Shown here: one piece after another, positions 63,909 to 64,000 of the stretch | Layout: the number at the start of each line of letters is the position of its first letter | Numbering within the stretch: the first letter of the stretch is position 1 | NCBI GenBank assembly: GCA_037379345.1 | Contig: CM074516.1 | Span: forward strand, 18,910,001 to 18,974,000 | Reading direction: 5' to 3' | Source: Perna viridis | Taxonomy: Eukaryota | Length of the DNA stretch: 64,000 bases | Program-made: the position numbers and the translations under genes | The notes under the pieces: model-generated | The model's database searches: none | The model's input: only the letters and a program-made list of their open reading frames with translations | Told to the model about the DNA's origin: nothing

Positions 63909-64000
63909 GTAAGTGAAACTTTATTTTCTTTTTTTTTTTTTATAAGAAAATAAACAAATAAAGAAAACAAAATCTAAAACATAAGAAAATAAAAGAAAAA

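Larger units (their letters stand above)
38020..64000. repeat. Tandem segmental duplication, ~10.7 kb unit (pairs 3, 4, 5 with spacers)
   Basis: ATG offsets: A3-A4 10746, B3-B4 10747, A4-A5 10678, B4-B5 10681. Introns and intergenic spacers (44-49.8 kb vs 54.8-59.9 kb) align base by base apart from indels. Confidence 0.93.

Noticed and set aside
1-64000. CRISPR arrays, operons, rRNA or other prokaryotic systems
   Set aside because: The sequence is eukaryotic with spliceosomal introns; no repeat-spacer array or rRNA-like sequence was seen.

Overview
AT-rich, intron-containing animal genomic DNA; the repeat content looks like a bivalve mollusc such as an oyster, which is an inference. The ORF track misses the main feature because the genes are spliced. 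The window holds a tandem array of five head-to-head gene pairs (A on the minus strand, B on the plus strand). In each pair the start codons are only 325-364 bp apart and share a compact bidirectional promoter. All genes share one five-exon plan: an ATG-only first coding exon, then intron phases 0,2,2,2. They encode secreted 212-223 aa Cys-rich proteins with a Spaetzle-like prodomain (C..C...DY/EYP..I..AL) and a C-terminal Spaetzle/neurotrophin-type cystine-knot domain. A and B are distant paralogs. A keeps all six knot cysteines, whereas B has lost both the predicted CysIII and CysVI and has gained a basic plus aromatic C-terminal tail. This suggests a co-regulated, possibly heterodimeric ligand system that has been amplified as a unit. 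Pairs 3-5 come from recent ~10.7 kb duplications, and pair 4 looks like an unequal-crossover chimera. The rest of the window is transposon debris: TTAA- and TA-target MITEs, a ~230 bp interspersed repeat, Penelope-like RT/GIY-YIG fragments, a 5'-truncated RTE LINE with a TSD, and tRNA-derived SINEs.
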